DNA from: Chromera velia
Lineage: Eukaryota
Assembly (NCBI GenBank): GCA_018398765.1
Contig: JAHBMJ010000366.1
Coordinates: 1 to 64,000, forward strand
Length of the DNA: 64,000 nucleotides
Reading direction: 5' to 3'
Each line of letters begins with the position of its first letter. The first letter of the stretch is position 1. Shown here piece after piece: positions 27,301 through 40,600 of the stretch. Below the pieces are notes generated by a model. It saw only the letters and a program-made list of their open reading frames with translations, had not been told where the DNA came from and did no database searches. Position numbers and translations under genes: made by a program.

Positions 27301-28656
27301 ATCGCTCCAGTAACGTGTTACAATATGAACAATCTGAAACTTTCAACTTTGTGTAGAATCTGGTGTAAATTTACAACTCGATCGAATCGTGTACGTATTC
27401 ATATTCTTTTATATTTAGTAACATTTACTTATTATTGCAAAAAAAAGATTATTATACTGCAGGTGTTAGGCTGACTTTGGCTGAATCATTTATGAATTAA
27501 TTGAAATTGAGTCTAACACAGGTCCAACATTACGATTTCAATGTATGAGATTTTAGAAAAACAATCAAAGTTTTACAAATTTTAACGAATTAAAGTTCAA
27601 TTGTCACATGCATCATTATTAGTCACATCATAGCATAATACTTGATCATCTTCAAATTAGTAAAGACTTTAATAAAAGTTTTAATTTGAAGTATAAACAA
27701 CATATTTTTATAGGCCGCTCATCATCATCATCATCATACGCCATCGCCATTGGCCTATAATGAGCGTCTACCGTTTTACAGGTCGTAACATGTAAGGCAG
27801 CTAGCAAGGCAGCTTGTTGGATAATTTAGATTTAATGGTGGAGTTTCGCTTTCTAATTCGCTTTGCAAATGGTGTTCACTCAACAATAATTATTTCCAAA
27901 TTCCTCTACCTCTGGCATTTATGATTAATCACTCCTCAACAATTCTTTGACATTTTAAAAAAATAATATATCAATATCAAATCTAGATAATAATAATCCC
28001 AGTAATATCCCTAACCAAAATAGGACTATGATTTCTTTAAATTTTGTTTATATATTATTGCAATATCTCACATATTATTTTTCAAGCTTTTCTCCACTTT
28101 TTTTGACAAACTTATTTTCTTAATTTATTTGTGGAAAATGAACTTCGTGCCAATAAGTCTCCTTTTTTTTATGTAAATTGCGTGCCAGCTCTTTACCTTC
28201 CTCTGGAATCTCCGTCGCTCACGCGTTCCCCTCATTCTCGATTTTGAATGTGCAATCATTGTGAGTATCTCATTGAAACAAGGGAAGCAGCTGCAAGAAT
28301 GGGGTGGGGTGGGGTTCGGGAAGGCTGCAGCGAATGGGGTGGGGGGGGGCGGGGGTCGGGCCCACGGGGAGCAGTGAAGAGTAAACCAGCGCTCTCCGCA
28401 GACTCATAAATTTTAGTTTACCGATCAAACCACCGAGAAAGCCAGGGCGATAAATCAAATTCTTGAAAACTTGGGGAGTTAGGGTGGCGTGGGATAATGG
28501 GCTGTTGGTTCTGCTCTACTCACCGAGAAAGACTAATAAACTTACCAAACCACCGAGAAAGCCAATAGTCAGATCGCTGAAACTTCAGGAGGCTCGCTGT
28601 TAGCTCGGCTTGGCTCGCAAGGCCACACTGTCGTCCTAGCTGTCATTGCCGCCCCC

Positions 28657-29958
28657 CTATTTGTCCCTCACTGGCATGCCAGTCCGCCGTGCGCTGCTTG
28701 CAGTGAAGTTGGGGATTGATGGAGCCATTGGATCCGATGCAACGACGGCCTGGTTTTGTACCAGCTGTGTGTGCGATTGAGTGCTGGCGGACGAAGCGCA
28801 GATGATGGTGGAGAGGCCATGGGTAGGGCTCTCGATATCGGACTTGAAGTAGGCTTGACTGTACCCGCACTCTACTTGAGGCAGCATACCTGTGCATGCA
28901 ATGAAGCGCTTGAGCTCGTCCTTCTGCCATAGTTGAACGTCCTTTCCATGTTTGGGGCGAGTGGACTTAGGTTGAAGCTTCTCCCTTTCAGGGGTGCTAA
29001 TGACAGACGCAAATCCACCTCGCTGAATGACCGACGCGTGGAATGCCAACAGATGCTCAGGCTCGATCACGTGCTCGATCACATCGGCGCTAATCACCAC
29101 TGCTCCCTGAACAATTGAATCCGGGATTGACGGCATGGCATCGAAGTCATTGATGTTCCACTCAATCGCTGCGAAACCCGCCAACGATTCGACGTTCTGG
29201 TTACGGTACCGCTCTGTGGCTTGGATTGCCTCTCTGGCAGCTTCTAAGTTGTCCTTGAAGTCTATGATGAAAAGGTTGAACCCCTTCCCGAACAGTGTGG
29301 CTGCCTTCCGCCCGTTTCCGCAGCCTAGATCTATGATCCACCCATTTGCTCCCTCCGCAAGCGAGTCGGCAAGCAGAGCGGCTGTATTGTAGATGTTGTA
29401 CTGGTGAATCTTCTCCGATCGTTTCTTTGTATCAAGGTCGTACTTCGGCTTCACGTTGCGCATGTAGTACTCTGGCAGGAACTTCCTTTCCTTCTCTTCA
29501 GCCGACACAGTCGCACAGAAGGAATCGAGGGGAGCGGCAGCTCCGCCCAACTGTGGCGCCTGTGCTGCTAGTGGTACCATCTGCGCGGTCTCCATGTTGC
29601 TCGGGCTGTGCAGTTCCGAGGCTGCGCTGGTTGAGGGCTCTGTGTTTGTGGGTGACAGGGGAGCAGCTGATTGTACAATGGGCGCTGCGATGCTTTTCCT
29701 GCGTGCGACATCCATTGCATCCGACCGAACTGTTCCTTCAAGCCTCGGCACAAGGTCTTCCCTTTGGAGAGGGACTGTCGACCGCTCTGGAGGGGGAAAC
29801 GGCGCAGTAACAATGCCTGCAGCAGTCATCCGAGATTCGTCAGACTCCGACGAATGAGGGCGAGAGGCCATTTGCATAAAGGTCAGAAAGCAGATAGTGG
29901 CCATGGCAACCAGGGCAAAAAGCTGCCACGAGAAGGGCCGGCGGAGGACGACTGCCAT
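28657..29958 (-). CDS. Intronless type II membrane class I SAM-dependent methyltransferase
   Basis: ATG 29958 (MAVVLRRPFSWQLFALVAMATICFLTFMQM, a TM anchor), P/S/A-rich stem, motif I IIDLGCGNG, ADVIEHVIEP, ISTPER; stop at 28657. Confidence 0.85.
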   Translation of the reverse strand: MAVVLRRPFSWQLFALVAMATICFLTFMQMASRPHSSESDESRMTAAGIVTAPFPPPERSTVPLQREDLVPRLEGTVRSDAMDVARRKSIAAPIVQSAAPLSPTNTEPSTSAASELHSPSNMETAQMVPLAAQAPQLGGAAAPLDSFCATVSAEEKERKFLPEYYMRNVKPKYDLDTKKRSEKIHQYNIYNTAALLADSLAEGANGWIIDLGCGNGRKAATLFGKGFNLFIIDFKDNLEAAREAIQATERYRNQNVESLAGFAAIEWNINDFDAMPSIPDSIVQGAVVISADVIEHVIEPEHLLAFHASVIQRGGFASVISTPEREKLQPKSTRPKHGKDVQLWQKDELKRFIACTGMLPQVECGYSQAYFKSDIESPTHGLSTIICASSASTQSHTQLVQNQAVVASDPMAPSIPNFTASSARRTGMPVRDK

Positions 29959-30673
29959 GTCGGTGATAGAGGTAAATTTCGGACTTTTCAATCAGACTCG
30001 CAGTAACTGTTGCCTATATGTGTTGCATGGGCCTCTTCGTTCAAAACATCAACCGTAAGAACTCACGTGTGAGATTGAGGCACGATTGACCCGTTTCAGC
30101 GACTACTTGCGCTACAAATAATCGGTTTGGTGCACACAACAGCACGAGAATCAATGTGAGGAGCTGTTCTATATATATTACGGGATACACGAGGCGACAG
30201 ATATATAGCAATACATATATATAGGTCAGTCATTTTCCTTTCTCGGCATGCATGCATGCATGGGGTTTTTGAGTTTGTCCAAATGCATGGGTGCATATTG
30301 GGGGAGACGCATGCGTGATCGCCGTGATCGACTCGCGATCTCTCTCATTTTTTTTTTTTTTTGCATTGTGTGGGGTCCATGCCTATACAGGCCGCCTGCA
30401 GTATATATACATATACACCTCTATGAAAGTCAAATCCACTGAGTGGATCCAACATTGAAGAGCACGCGGACAGGAAAGATCTGGCAGAGCCACAAGGCGG
30501 GAGACAGAACCATTCAATCCACTCGTCGAACAACTGCTGTTCATCGACGTGTTAATTGTCGGCATTGATCTGTACTGTCGTCCATTGATGTATATATATA
30601 TACTAGCTGCCGCGTATAATTGCGTTGACTTAATATTGATTCGACGTCCAACCCTGCTTTTGAGAGATCGCAC

Positions 30674-32102
30674 ATGGATTATTTCAACGAAAGAGAGCTG
30701 TTTCCGCTGTTCAGCAACGCTGGAGTACCTGAACTTGAGATCATATCGTGGTTCGTTCTCCGTCATGGGAAGAGCAAGAAGGATTTTTTGACCCCGTATA
30801 CGACGTCCAGATCAACCTCAAGTATATCAAAATCTTTTGTTTGGACGACAATAACAGGAGCAATACCAGGCGACCACCGCGTCAAATCTGGAAAATCTCC
30901 TACGACTCCTTGCGAACGATCCAGCTGTTCAAACATTCTTACGGACTGGTCGGTTGCGTGCGTCATGTAACTCTTCCTCCTGCGTCTGCAGACACCAGTG
31001 GGGTTCCTTTGCGTCTACCAATTTGGCTGTCAAAAGCTCTGGGGCGCAAAAGTTAAGATCAATTCACCGTTTTGCTCTGCAGACCTTGCATGTACCAAAA
31101 GGAAATGTGCACATGCATTGATGCATCCATCCATGTGTTGTTTGCCTGCAGATGTTTGTGTTTGAAGGACATGACGGGTGGGTTATAAAAATCGCCACCG
31201 CTGGAATCCAGCCCGAAAACCAACATTTGCTCTCCCCCTTTCTTGAGTTCTGGGGGAAAGTCTTGGGGGCCTGGAGGGCATCTCAGCCTTTCTGGAGTCC
31301 TGTGCGTTTTGGGGGGGGCAACCCTCCCCCCCTTTCTGAAGAGGGATTGCAGTTGATTCGGCAGATGGATGAGCATCAGTTCCAACGCATTCGAATGCAA
31401 CATGAGACCTTCGGGTGGCAGAGATTCCGACTTTCCGGTCATGATGCGGAGTTTTCTGTGTTGCACGTGTTGCACCTTCTCTGGGTTGAGAACGGAATAG
31501 GCCCCGAGAGAGGTCAGGAGATGATTCGGATGCTCCAAGAGCTCTCTGTGCACCTCCAAGATCCCCCCATAGGTCCATTTGAGATCAGCGCTTTCCTCAG
31601 GATGAACCAAACTCCTCGACGGAGCTCCGTATCCTTTGCCCAGCTGGAAAGCACATGCGATCGAGGCAATGACACCAGATCAGAGGGCGCCTCCGAGTGG
31701 TCCAACTCCCCGGAGTCTGACACCGACCTCCTTCCTGTCGCGCTCAAACCAGCTCCCCATAGAGAGGAAGGAAGTCAGAAGGTCGACGAGGCAGACGAAA
31801 GAGAGCGGATGACACCGCTCGACTGTCAGTTTTCCGATTCGCGTGGGCCCCTCACCGAGCTCCCTGCACTCGAAAAGACAGCCCACAGAGAGGACCGAAA
31901 TCAGGAACTCGGCAGTCACATGTCGCTGACCGCAACTGGTCCCCGGAGCTTGCAGAAACTGTCTAACCGTGTGCCCATTCTTCCATCGGGGGACACCGGC
32001 AGTGTTTCCGATGAGTGTGGGGACGCGCCCGACCGTGAGGCAGACGCAGAAGAGCAGCTAGATGACACCGCTCGACTAAGTTGCTCGGTCTCAGGGTTTT
32101 GA
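30674..32102 (+). CDS. Hypothetical protein (N-terminal globular, possibly PH-like, domain; acidic disordered C-terminus) with an apparent frameshift and short introns
   Basis: MDYFNERELFPLF..HGKSKKDF continues plausibly as FDPVYDVQINLKYIKIFCL only if the T6 run at 30784-30789 were T7. Short GT..TGCAG intron at 30949-30991; long last exon 31152-32102. Confidence 0.45.
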
Positions 32103-33368
32103 TTTCTTCTGACAGGAGCCTCACGAGAAGGGACAGAAGAGACAGTGGAGATCTTTTCTTCGTTCCTCCTCACAGGAAAGGCAATCAACAATCTAACGTG
32201 CCTTCTTGGAGGAAAAAGAAGAATCTTCAACTGCAACTTCAAAAGATCATTTCTTTCTGGATGCGTCCCTCTGCGTCTTTTTTCTTCCTTCCAACCCGCC
32301 TTGTGCTTGTTGTCTATCTGTCACAAGCTGAGTATACTACTTCAAAAGAAGATGGGGATCGAGTGGTTTGTAGTGGTTTGGCCTGGCCTTATCAATCAAA
32401 ATGCAAGACAATACGTTATGTATGCGTTTCCCGCTCTCGTTTCCGCTTTTCCGATTCATGATGTATTACTAATTAATATTATCTTAGTTTATCTATTAGT
32501 TAATAATCTTAATTTCTTTTAATCAATTCTATCCATTGGTAACGAATAATACTATAAGAATTACTATAGGAATAATAATGATGGCATGTGCATAGTGTAC
32601 AATGAAGTATTTCTCCATGCTTTATGTATACCAGTGTATTTAATCGACTCTTGAATATATTGAAACGAAGCCTAAGAAGGTTTTTTTTGACATATTAACG
32701 CTCTTCATTTACTAAATTTTCATATAGTCATCATCCACATTTTTATGAGACTCTGTCTCCTTTGAAGTTTAAATATAACAAATTTTAATATGTTATACAT
32801 CATCAAATATAATAATTTAAGAAGAAGAGATACAGACTCTAGTACAGACTATAAGATAGACTCGTCGAACTTGAAGCATTTTTGTCAGCTATCCTGAGAA
32901 TACCAAATAATACTAAATGTAATTCAAGTCAAACGGAGCCACCGGCCGCCGAATAAATTGGATATCATTAATTGCTTATAGCTATAGATAGCAGTGTATA
33001 TCATGACATAAAACTAACATACGATACCCTAGACGACTGCTAAATTTTCATTGGTCGATGACAGTGGTGGTATCCGAGTCATTGTGCTCTACCTGCATCC
33101 GCTATTCACCCTCAGCTGCCATCTACTAGTGGTCTGTGATCCTTTACTCTAGCCTTCATTTACTAGTCAATTCAATGCTATCATTGCCGCAGCTCCTCCC
33201 TCAACCTCTACTTGTCTCACCTCACCCCTCGTGCTCCTCCGCCACCCGCTGGCTGCTTTGTATTGCCCTGCTGGCAACCTCGTTGTCATCGACAAATTTA
33301 CATATGGTGCCGTTCAACGACGTGCGTCCGTCCGGTTTGAATTCACGCTCAATCGGTGCACCTTTTTT

Positions 33369-34652
33369 TTAAAAAAACTCCACTGCATCCTTCTCTAAGG
33401 GCGTAAAGTCGCGGCCTTTGTCTCGGCACGGCTCTGTCGCGTACTCAATTTGCTCCTTCTTCTTCCCCCCCGCCGCCCTCCCTCGTGGGGACTCTGTTCC
33501 ATTATGATACAGTCGCTCTAGCTGTGCGCAGGTGGCGGCTTCCCAATGCATGGGTGTTCATCATCTGATCGTCAGTGGGATGGTGCACTGCCGCGCCGCC
33601 CTGGCCGTCTTTGGCTTTCGAGAAGAGAAGGCTCGAATTCTTCGGCATAGTGTTCGCAAAGTACGCACGGGAGATTGTTTCCATGGATCCCCTGCATTCA
33701 TTCAGAAAGGCAGAAAAGAAACGATGCATGAGTAAAAACCAATGATTGAGAAGTTAACACGCAGGGAGGAGCTCTCAATGACCGATGGCCGGACCCTCAT
33801 GCATGCAGAATTGAGGGGGACTCAGGGTATACTCTACTCTCAGTGGGGGTCTAGATTCTGTCTGAGGAGAGGGGAGAACGACACGTACACAGGCAGGGAG
33901 AGCAAACAGGGCAGAAACTGAAACACAGACAGAGTAAAACGAAACCAGGGCAATAAAGAGATTGAAGGATTGGAAACAAGAAAGGAAGACAGAGAAGGCC
34001 CATCAGTCAATTTGCACCTGTGAACATGTAAGACTTGGAACGCTCATTCATACTTGCCACGGTCGTATGTGAGAAAGAGAGCCTGGAAGACGAAGGAGGA
34101 AGAGCACGACGATCGAGCTAAGTGGGGAGGAGGGGAAGGAGCATCTTTGAGGAAACCATTTCAAGGAATTGAGTTTGCAGGGGCTCCGTCAGGGAGAGAC
34201 GATGCACGCATGCATGCGTATTCAAAAGAGTGTGTGTGCCGTAAGGCACGTGCAGACCTCACTCTGCCTGTTTGGTATACCCTGCTTTTACTTTGGTTTT
34301 TGCATCTTCACTATCGATGGGTATATCAAGCAGGTGCCTGCCAGTCGAATAGATTTACGAATATCCATATAAGTATATGCACATATCTTTATGCATGACT
34401 CTTCAAATGACGCCGACCCAGTAGGCCGACCCATGACGTACGTTGCGAATTTGGCCAAGAAGAGAGCGCCACTCTGGAGACAGCTCTGTTTCGTTCATGT
34501 CCTTCCACTTGAGCCTCTCGTTGTACGCAGTTTCGTTGTGCATCAGCTCAAGGATCATATCTTCAAACTTTCTCATGTCCCCTCCTGCATGCATCAGGCA
34601 TCACACACACTCACATACATACATACACATGTATTCGAATATTTTATGTGTA

Positions 34653-34691
<39 letters not shown>

Positions 34692-35737
34692 GTGAGTGAG
34701 TGAGTGTGTGTGTGTGTGTGTATGTATGTGTGTGTGTGAATTCCTTTCGGCAGAGTAGATCCTGAGAAAGAGGGCGTGGGAAGCGAAGGAGATCAGGAAG
34801 GAAGAAATGAGAGACAGAAATGATCGATCAACTAGGCAGCAGAACAAAAGAGAAAGAAGAAACGCCGTGCGGCCAGCGGCCTGCAGGGGCGGAGTGCCGG
34901 AGGGAGGACTGCTTAGATGGCAAGATCGATCGATCGATCGATCGATCAGGTTTGGAAAGCAAAAAAATTCAGGTGAGAATTTCTTTGTTTTTGCAACGTT
35001 TCACCTATCTATCTGCTTAATTGTCTGTTTTGGTCCCGCCATCTTCAGTCCATTTCCGTCAGTCTATTTCTTTCTCATTCCTCTCCGTCTCCGTCTATCT
35101 GTCCTCCCGTCTATCTGTCGGGTGTCTATTGAATTTCTCACCCGCATCCAGTGTAAAATCGAGGGCAGCATCCGGACGTGGAAGAAATTCTCGAATGTTC
35201 GCGGGGCCGTTTGTGAGCGGTAGGCATCTGGTGAGTGGATTGTTTTCGTCGTTCGTTTGTGACATTCAGGATGCAGGAGGGAGATAGGTTCCATGCATGC
35301 ATGTGTCTCCGCATAAACAAGCAGTCGACAAATATAAATGCAAGCAATTAATTTCTGAAATTCGCAAGAACGAGACAGAGTGCTGCTGCGATACGCCCAT
35401 GCACGCGATCGATTCAGAAGAAATCCGACACATGCACGGTCCGGCCGTGTGCAATTTGCAGACATGGAGGCAGGGGAGGAAGCAAGAAGGGGGGAACAAG
35501 AAAGGAAAGAAAGCTGGAAGGAATGAAGGAACCACAAAAGGTAAGAAGGGGGGAGAGCTGAAGGGGGCCGGCAGGAATGGAGAAAGAAAGAACGGAAAAG
35601 CGGAAGGACGAAAGCATGGAAATCAATGAGCAAGCGAGCAAGAGAAGCAGAGAGGAAGAAAAAAAAAGGGAAGAAGGGAAGAAAGCGACTCGAGAGGAGA
35701 GGGGGCAGTTTGTGTGTCTTCCTGCAAGCACCAATTT

Positions 35738-35770
<33 letters not shown>

Positions 35771-37575
35771 CTTACTCAACTAAGGAAAGGTCGAGGAGGA
35801 AAAGAGAAGCCAAAAGTGTCAGAATTAATTGTTCTCTTGCACCCGCATGAGAAAAGGAGAGCGAGGTAGACATGCACTCAGGACTACTAAAAAAAAGTTT
35901 GTATCGACTGGCAGGCACACCGACCGACTCACCCTGCTTGGAGGCCTTCAAAAACTTTTTCACACACATAATCTTTCGTGATCGAATTTTCAAACACCAG
36001 ACAGAATTTGGATCTGCAAACAAACAAACAAAGAAACAAGCCTTCATGGGCAAACAGACAAACAAAGAAAGAAAGATAGAAAGAGGCAGGCAGATGTGCT
36101 GAGGTCACAGGATCAGGCTCGGCTCTCTCTATCCATGCCCTTTGGAGTCCAATTCTAACGATTCACAACCCGAAAAACGTATACAGCGAGAACGGTTGCA
36201 TGAGGCCACTTGTTTTCATGCACAGGTAATTTGTCAAACTCATTTAAACTCATGCAATTTATTTCTATCGATCGTTCTTTCTCTCTCGCGAATCGAATCT
36301 TATTTAGAGTGCACGAAGAAAAATGATATGCAGGGAGCAGGTGGGAGAATGAGAGAGGATCAATGTTAACTAGGGACCGTGAGAAATTTATTCTTGCACA
36401 AAGATACATACACAGTGTCGCCAGAATAACAAACAAAAGGAACGGATCGAGCATACACTGATCAGCCGCAGCGGCGCTCGAAGCTAGCCAGACTTTGTGG
36501 ATGCAAGTGAGACTCTGCCTCTAATCTTAGTGCGTGCAGCTAAACGTTTGTGCGTGTACCATGCAATGGATAGCATCCATCCCGCCCTGCTCATATGAGG
36601 CGAACTCGAACTCACAGCAGCCCCCCGAAGAGAATTTGCATCCATAGCATGGCGGCATGCAGTCAGGCAAGGGGATTTCAGCACAAGGAACAAACAGACC
36701 CTTCTCCCCCTTCCTCTCTCTGCCAGGCAAGGGGGTTTCAGCTCAGTTAAGGAACAAACAGATCCTGCTGCTAAATTCTTCCTCTCTCTGCCTCCCTCCG
36801 CTCTCTCTGTATCACTCACTCACTCACTCACTCACTCACTCACCCACTCGCTCCTTTATTCACTGACCGCCGAAAAGTGGCGATTTTGTCCACCTTCCTG
36901 CCATTTTTGGGACTTCGATCTCTGACGTACTCCTCCGAATTATGAAGGCACCTGCGCAGTTTTCCAAAAGAATGAATGAGCATGCATGAACGTTGTGCCT
37001 CTCATTTTTCAACACACAGGACTATGAACAAAAACAAACAGTGTTCCACACAAAATCACCACCCAGACGCCCATCCGATGTCAAAAATCTAAATTCCGCA
37101 TTTGCCAGCCAGACATCTAGAGCAAGAAGGGCCATGCCTTCGTATGTCATGGTTTTCGTTCGCTCATTTCGTCCTTCCGTTCTGCCCTTCCCCAGCCCCT
37201 TCTCTCACATTTTCGACCCTTGAATGTCCTTTTTTCGTCGATCTTTTCCCCGGTCCCATTTTTTACACGTGCATTGGATCTTCCCCATGTTCGCCCGTTT
37301 CTCGCAACAATCAGCTGTCGCTCTTTTTGCATGCATTTAGACAGACAGGCAGACAGACAGACAGACAGACAGACAGATCGAAGTCAAGCGAGGAAGGGAG
37401 GATGATGCATCTGGGCGATTGATCATGTATCTATCCATCTTTCTGTCTGTCTGTCTCACTGACTGCATGATCAACCGACTTACGCTCCAACGGCATCCAC
37501 TTGAACTCTCTTGTTCTCGATCATTTGCAGCTTCCTCGCGCGATCAATTCGCCGGTTGGTTCATGCACACACATA

Positions 37576-37617
<42 letters not shown>

Positions 37618-40600
37618 CATCCAACCGTGTATCCCGGACAGACATGTTTTTCTGTTTTACGCGGAAATCAGTGCAGCGTAAGGCTTTGATTTGACTCCCC
37701 GTCCAACCTCCCTCCCCAACTTCCTGTAGGAGGGATGGCGTTGATTCTCTTGGCGAGCGGGATGGACTATCGATCGATCGATCGATCGCACAATGTTATG
37801 CAATCAGCCGGCCTGTTTGAAGAAAGACAAACAAAGAAAATGCATCGTGGCATCCTGAGAAAAGAAAGCTCTTGAGCAGAACAGCTGAAGCAGTGAGAGA
37901 GAAAGAAAGCCAGAAAGAAAAGAGACGGTCCGGGATCTAGAAGACGATCGATCGAACATGGAAAGCCTCCCTCGCGTGGGTGTGCGGCAAGATGATGAGG
38001 AGGCACTATTTTGCAGTTCGGTTGATTGATGTTTTCTTTTCTTGTTTTCCGTTTCTCCTTTCTCCCTCCTGCCTCCCCTTTTTCTCTCTGTCTGTCTGTC
38101 TGTCTGTCTGCAAGTCTTTTTGTCCCGCCGTTGGCTTCCTTCCAAACTCTCATGCATGCATGGGGGCACCCACCTTCACGTAGGTTTCGCGCTTGCTTGG
38201 AGTGTCACAGTTGCCGTTGAGGAACACGACGGCGTTTCTTTTTTCGCTGAAGGGCAGAATGGGGTCCTGCAGAACGACCAGAAGGTCAAACAAACAGGCA
38301 GGCAGGCAGGCAGGCAGGCAAGAGTGGAAACATATCGATCTGCAAAAGTACCCAGAATGCTCACGAATGCATCGACACATACTATCACATGCAGACCCTG
38401 GCTGCAGCTGGACTCACTCGAGCAGGCAGTCGATCGTTCAATCATAATTAAAAGAAAAGAAACTGTCACTGAGCTTATATTGCAGAAACCCTAAGCAGGC
38501 GAGAAGGGGTTGGTGAGAAGGGCTAGGGACACAGGTATTGATAGTGAAGCACAAAGCGCCCACTCTCGCCCTCTCTCTCTCTCTCTCTCACAGTCTGTTG
38601 CACACCTTGGAGAGAGGACGGAACGACGAGAGAGGACAGAAGGGCGGAGGAATCAGTGAGGGCTACAGAAAAGGAGACAAGGTAAAAGATGGGGGGTGGA
38701 AAGAGAGAGACAAAGAATCGAATACGAAGGCAAACAAACAGTTGATCAGACAGAAAGTCAGACAGTCAGGCAGAAAAAAAGCAAGATCAACAAATGGATA
38801 GACACACATCCAGGCAGCTCCAAAGGAATGCAAAAATGCAAACATGGGGACATATGCAAAAACCAAGAAAGGTGGGGGGTACAGACGGCCACAGTCACAA
38901 CATCATCGATCATTCTGTACATATGTTTGTATTTGCATATGTATATAGATGTATGCGGCACTGGCGCCCCCAACCATGCACAGTTTGCCCTCAGTATTTC
39001 TTTCATCAATCGATGCACACACAGGCGACCACACCCGCATGTTCTCATCGATACCATCGTGTTGGATCGATCGCTCGAAAGGAAAGAAAGAAAGACTGCA
39101 TGCATATGCGCATGCATGCATGACTAAGCCCTTCGATCTACACAACTCACGTAGACCCTCTCGACCATCTTTGTCGTCAAACACGGCATCCACTTCTGCA
39201 GGCAGGCAGACAGGCAGACAGGCAGGAAGACAGAATTCATCGACGTATATAATATCCCTTCGATGACTTGTTGATCCTTTCGGTCCATAAGGAAGACAGG
39301 AAACCTCGATATCCGCGTGCGCAAACATGCAAGATAGGTTTCTTTTCCATATGCACACATAAAAATCTTGAGTCTGTGCTTGAGAGTCGACAATTCGAAA
39401 TGTGAGAAGATGCACAGAAAACAAATGCATCATCCATGAACGTACAAACGGCAACTCACGCGCACAGGCAAACAAAATTCTCTCTCTACACGCATGCATG
39501 CATGCATGATCGTCTTCCCAGATCCCTCCCTGACTCCTAATGGATCGATCGATCGATCTGCATCAGCACCCAGAAGCACCCTTTTCTTTCTTTTCCTTTC
39601 CTCTCCTTCCCTTAATGACTTTGCGTCCACAGAGACAACGTACACATTTATGCGATACCAAAATGGATCTCTGTTTCATTCCATACCACCCCGACACCGA
39701 GCCAGACCGACCGACCGTACTCTCCTTGAGGTACGTGGACGACATGTCAAATCTGCAGGGAGGAGGCATGCCATCAGTATACAAGGGGAAAGGGAACAAA
39801 TAGAGGAGGCAAACCTTCACAACGAAATTAATTCAAGTGTATGGAAGGAAGCATCCAAATGTTGATATCATTCCAAACCAACACATACAACGTCATGCGG
39901 ATGTGCTTCACTACATGACAGACCATCAGAAAAGCTGAACAAATGACTGTGGGCGGAGGTGACAGACCGACAAACAGGCAGATAGGCAGGCAGGCAGGCA
40001 GGCAGGCAGACAAACAGACAAAGAGACAGACAGCCAAACAGACAAAAAAGGGCGGACAAACAGACAGACAGATAGACAAACTGGCAAACAAACAGATAAA
40101 AAGACAATTACAGAACAGACACTCATGCCTGCATGACCTCAATGACCGACAGGCGCAAAAAATCCGGATTTCTGAAAGCCGGTACGCGAACTGCCGACTC
40201 GATCCCGGTGAGAGCCGTCATCTGCCAAGGGAATGTCTTCTGGAAGATTGGCCTCAATTCCTCCGAAGATCCTTTCAACCCGACAAACCCATGCCACATC
40301 AGGACCTCAGCATTTTGGTTGTTCTTGTACTTGGGATGTGTCCTAGAATAAACTTCGCATGGAACCCGGCAGCCCTGAAACGGTCCGTCCGGGTACCTCA
40401 AATGCGACCTTGACATAAACTGGACGGTCACAGTTTTGTTACTTATTACAGGGGTGACCGAAGAAGGCTCTGGTGACACGTCAGGGGTGATTGCGCCTTT
40501 CGATGAGGTCTCATCAGTCAGTGCAGCCTCTTTCGTAATGTTACGTGCACCCGCCGTTCCTCCGAAAGGCCGGTCTTCTCTTTGAGGCGAAATACCAGCA

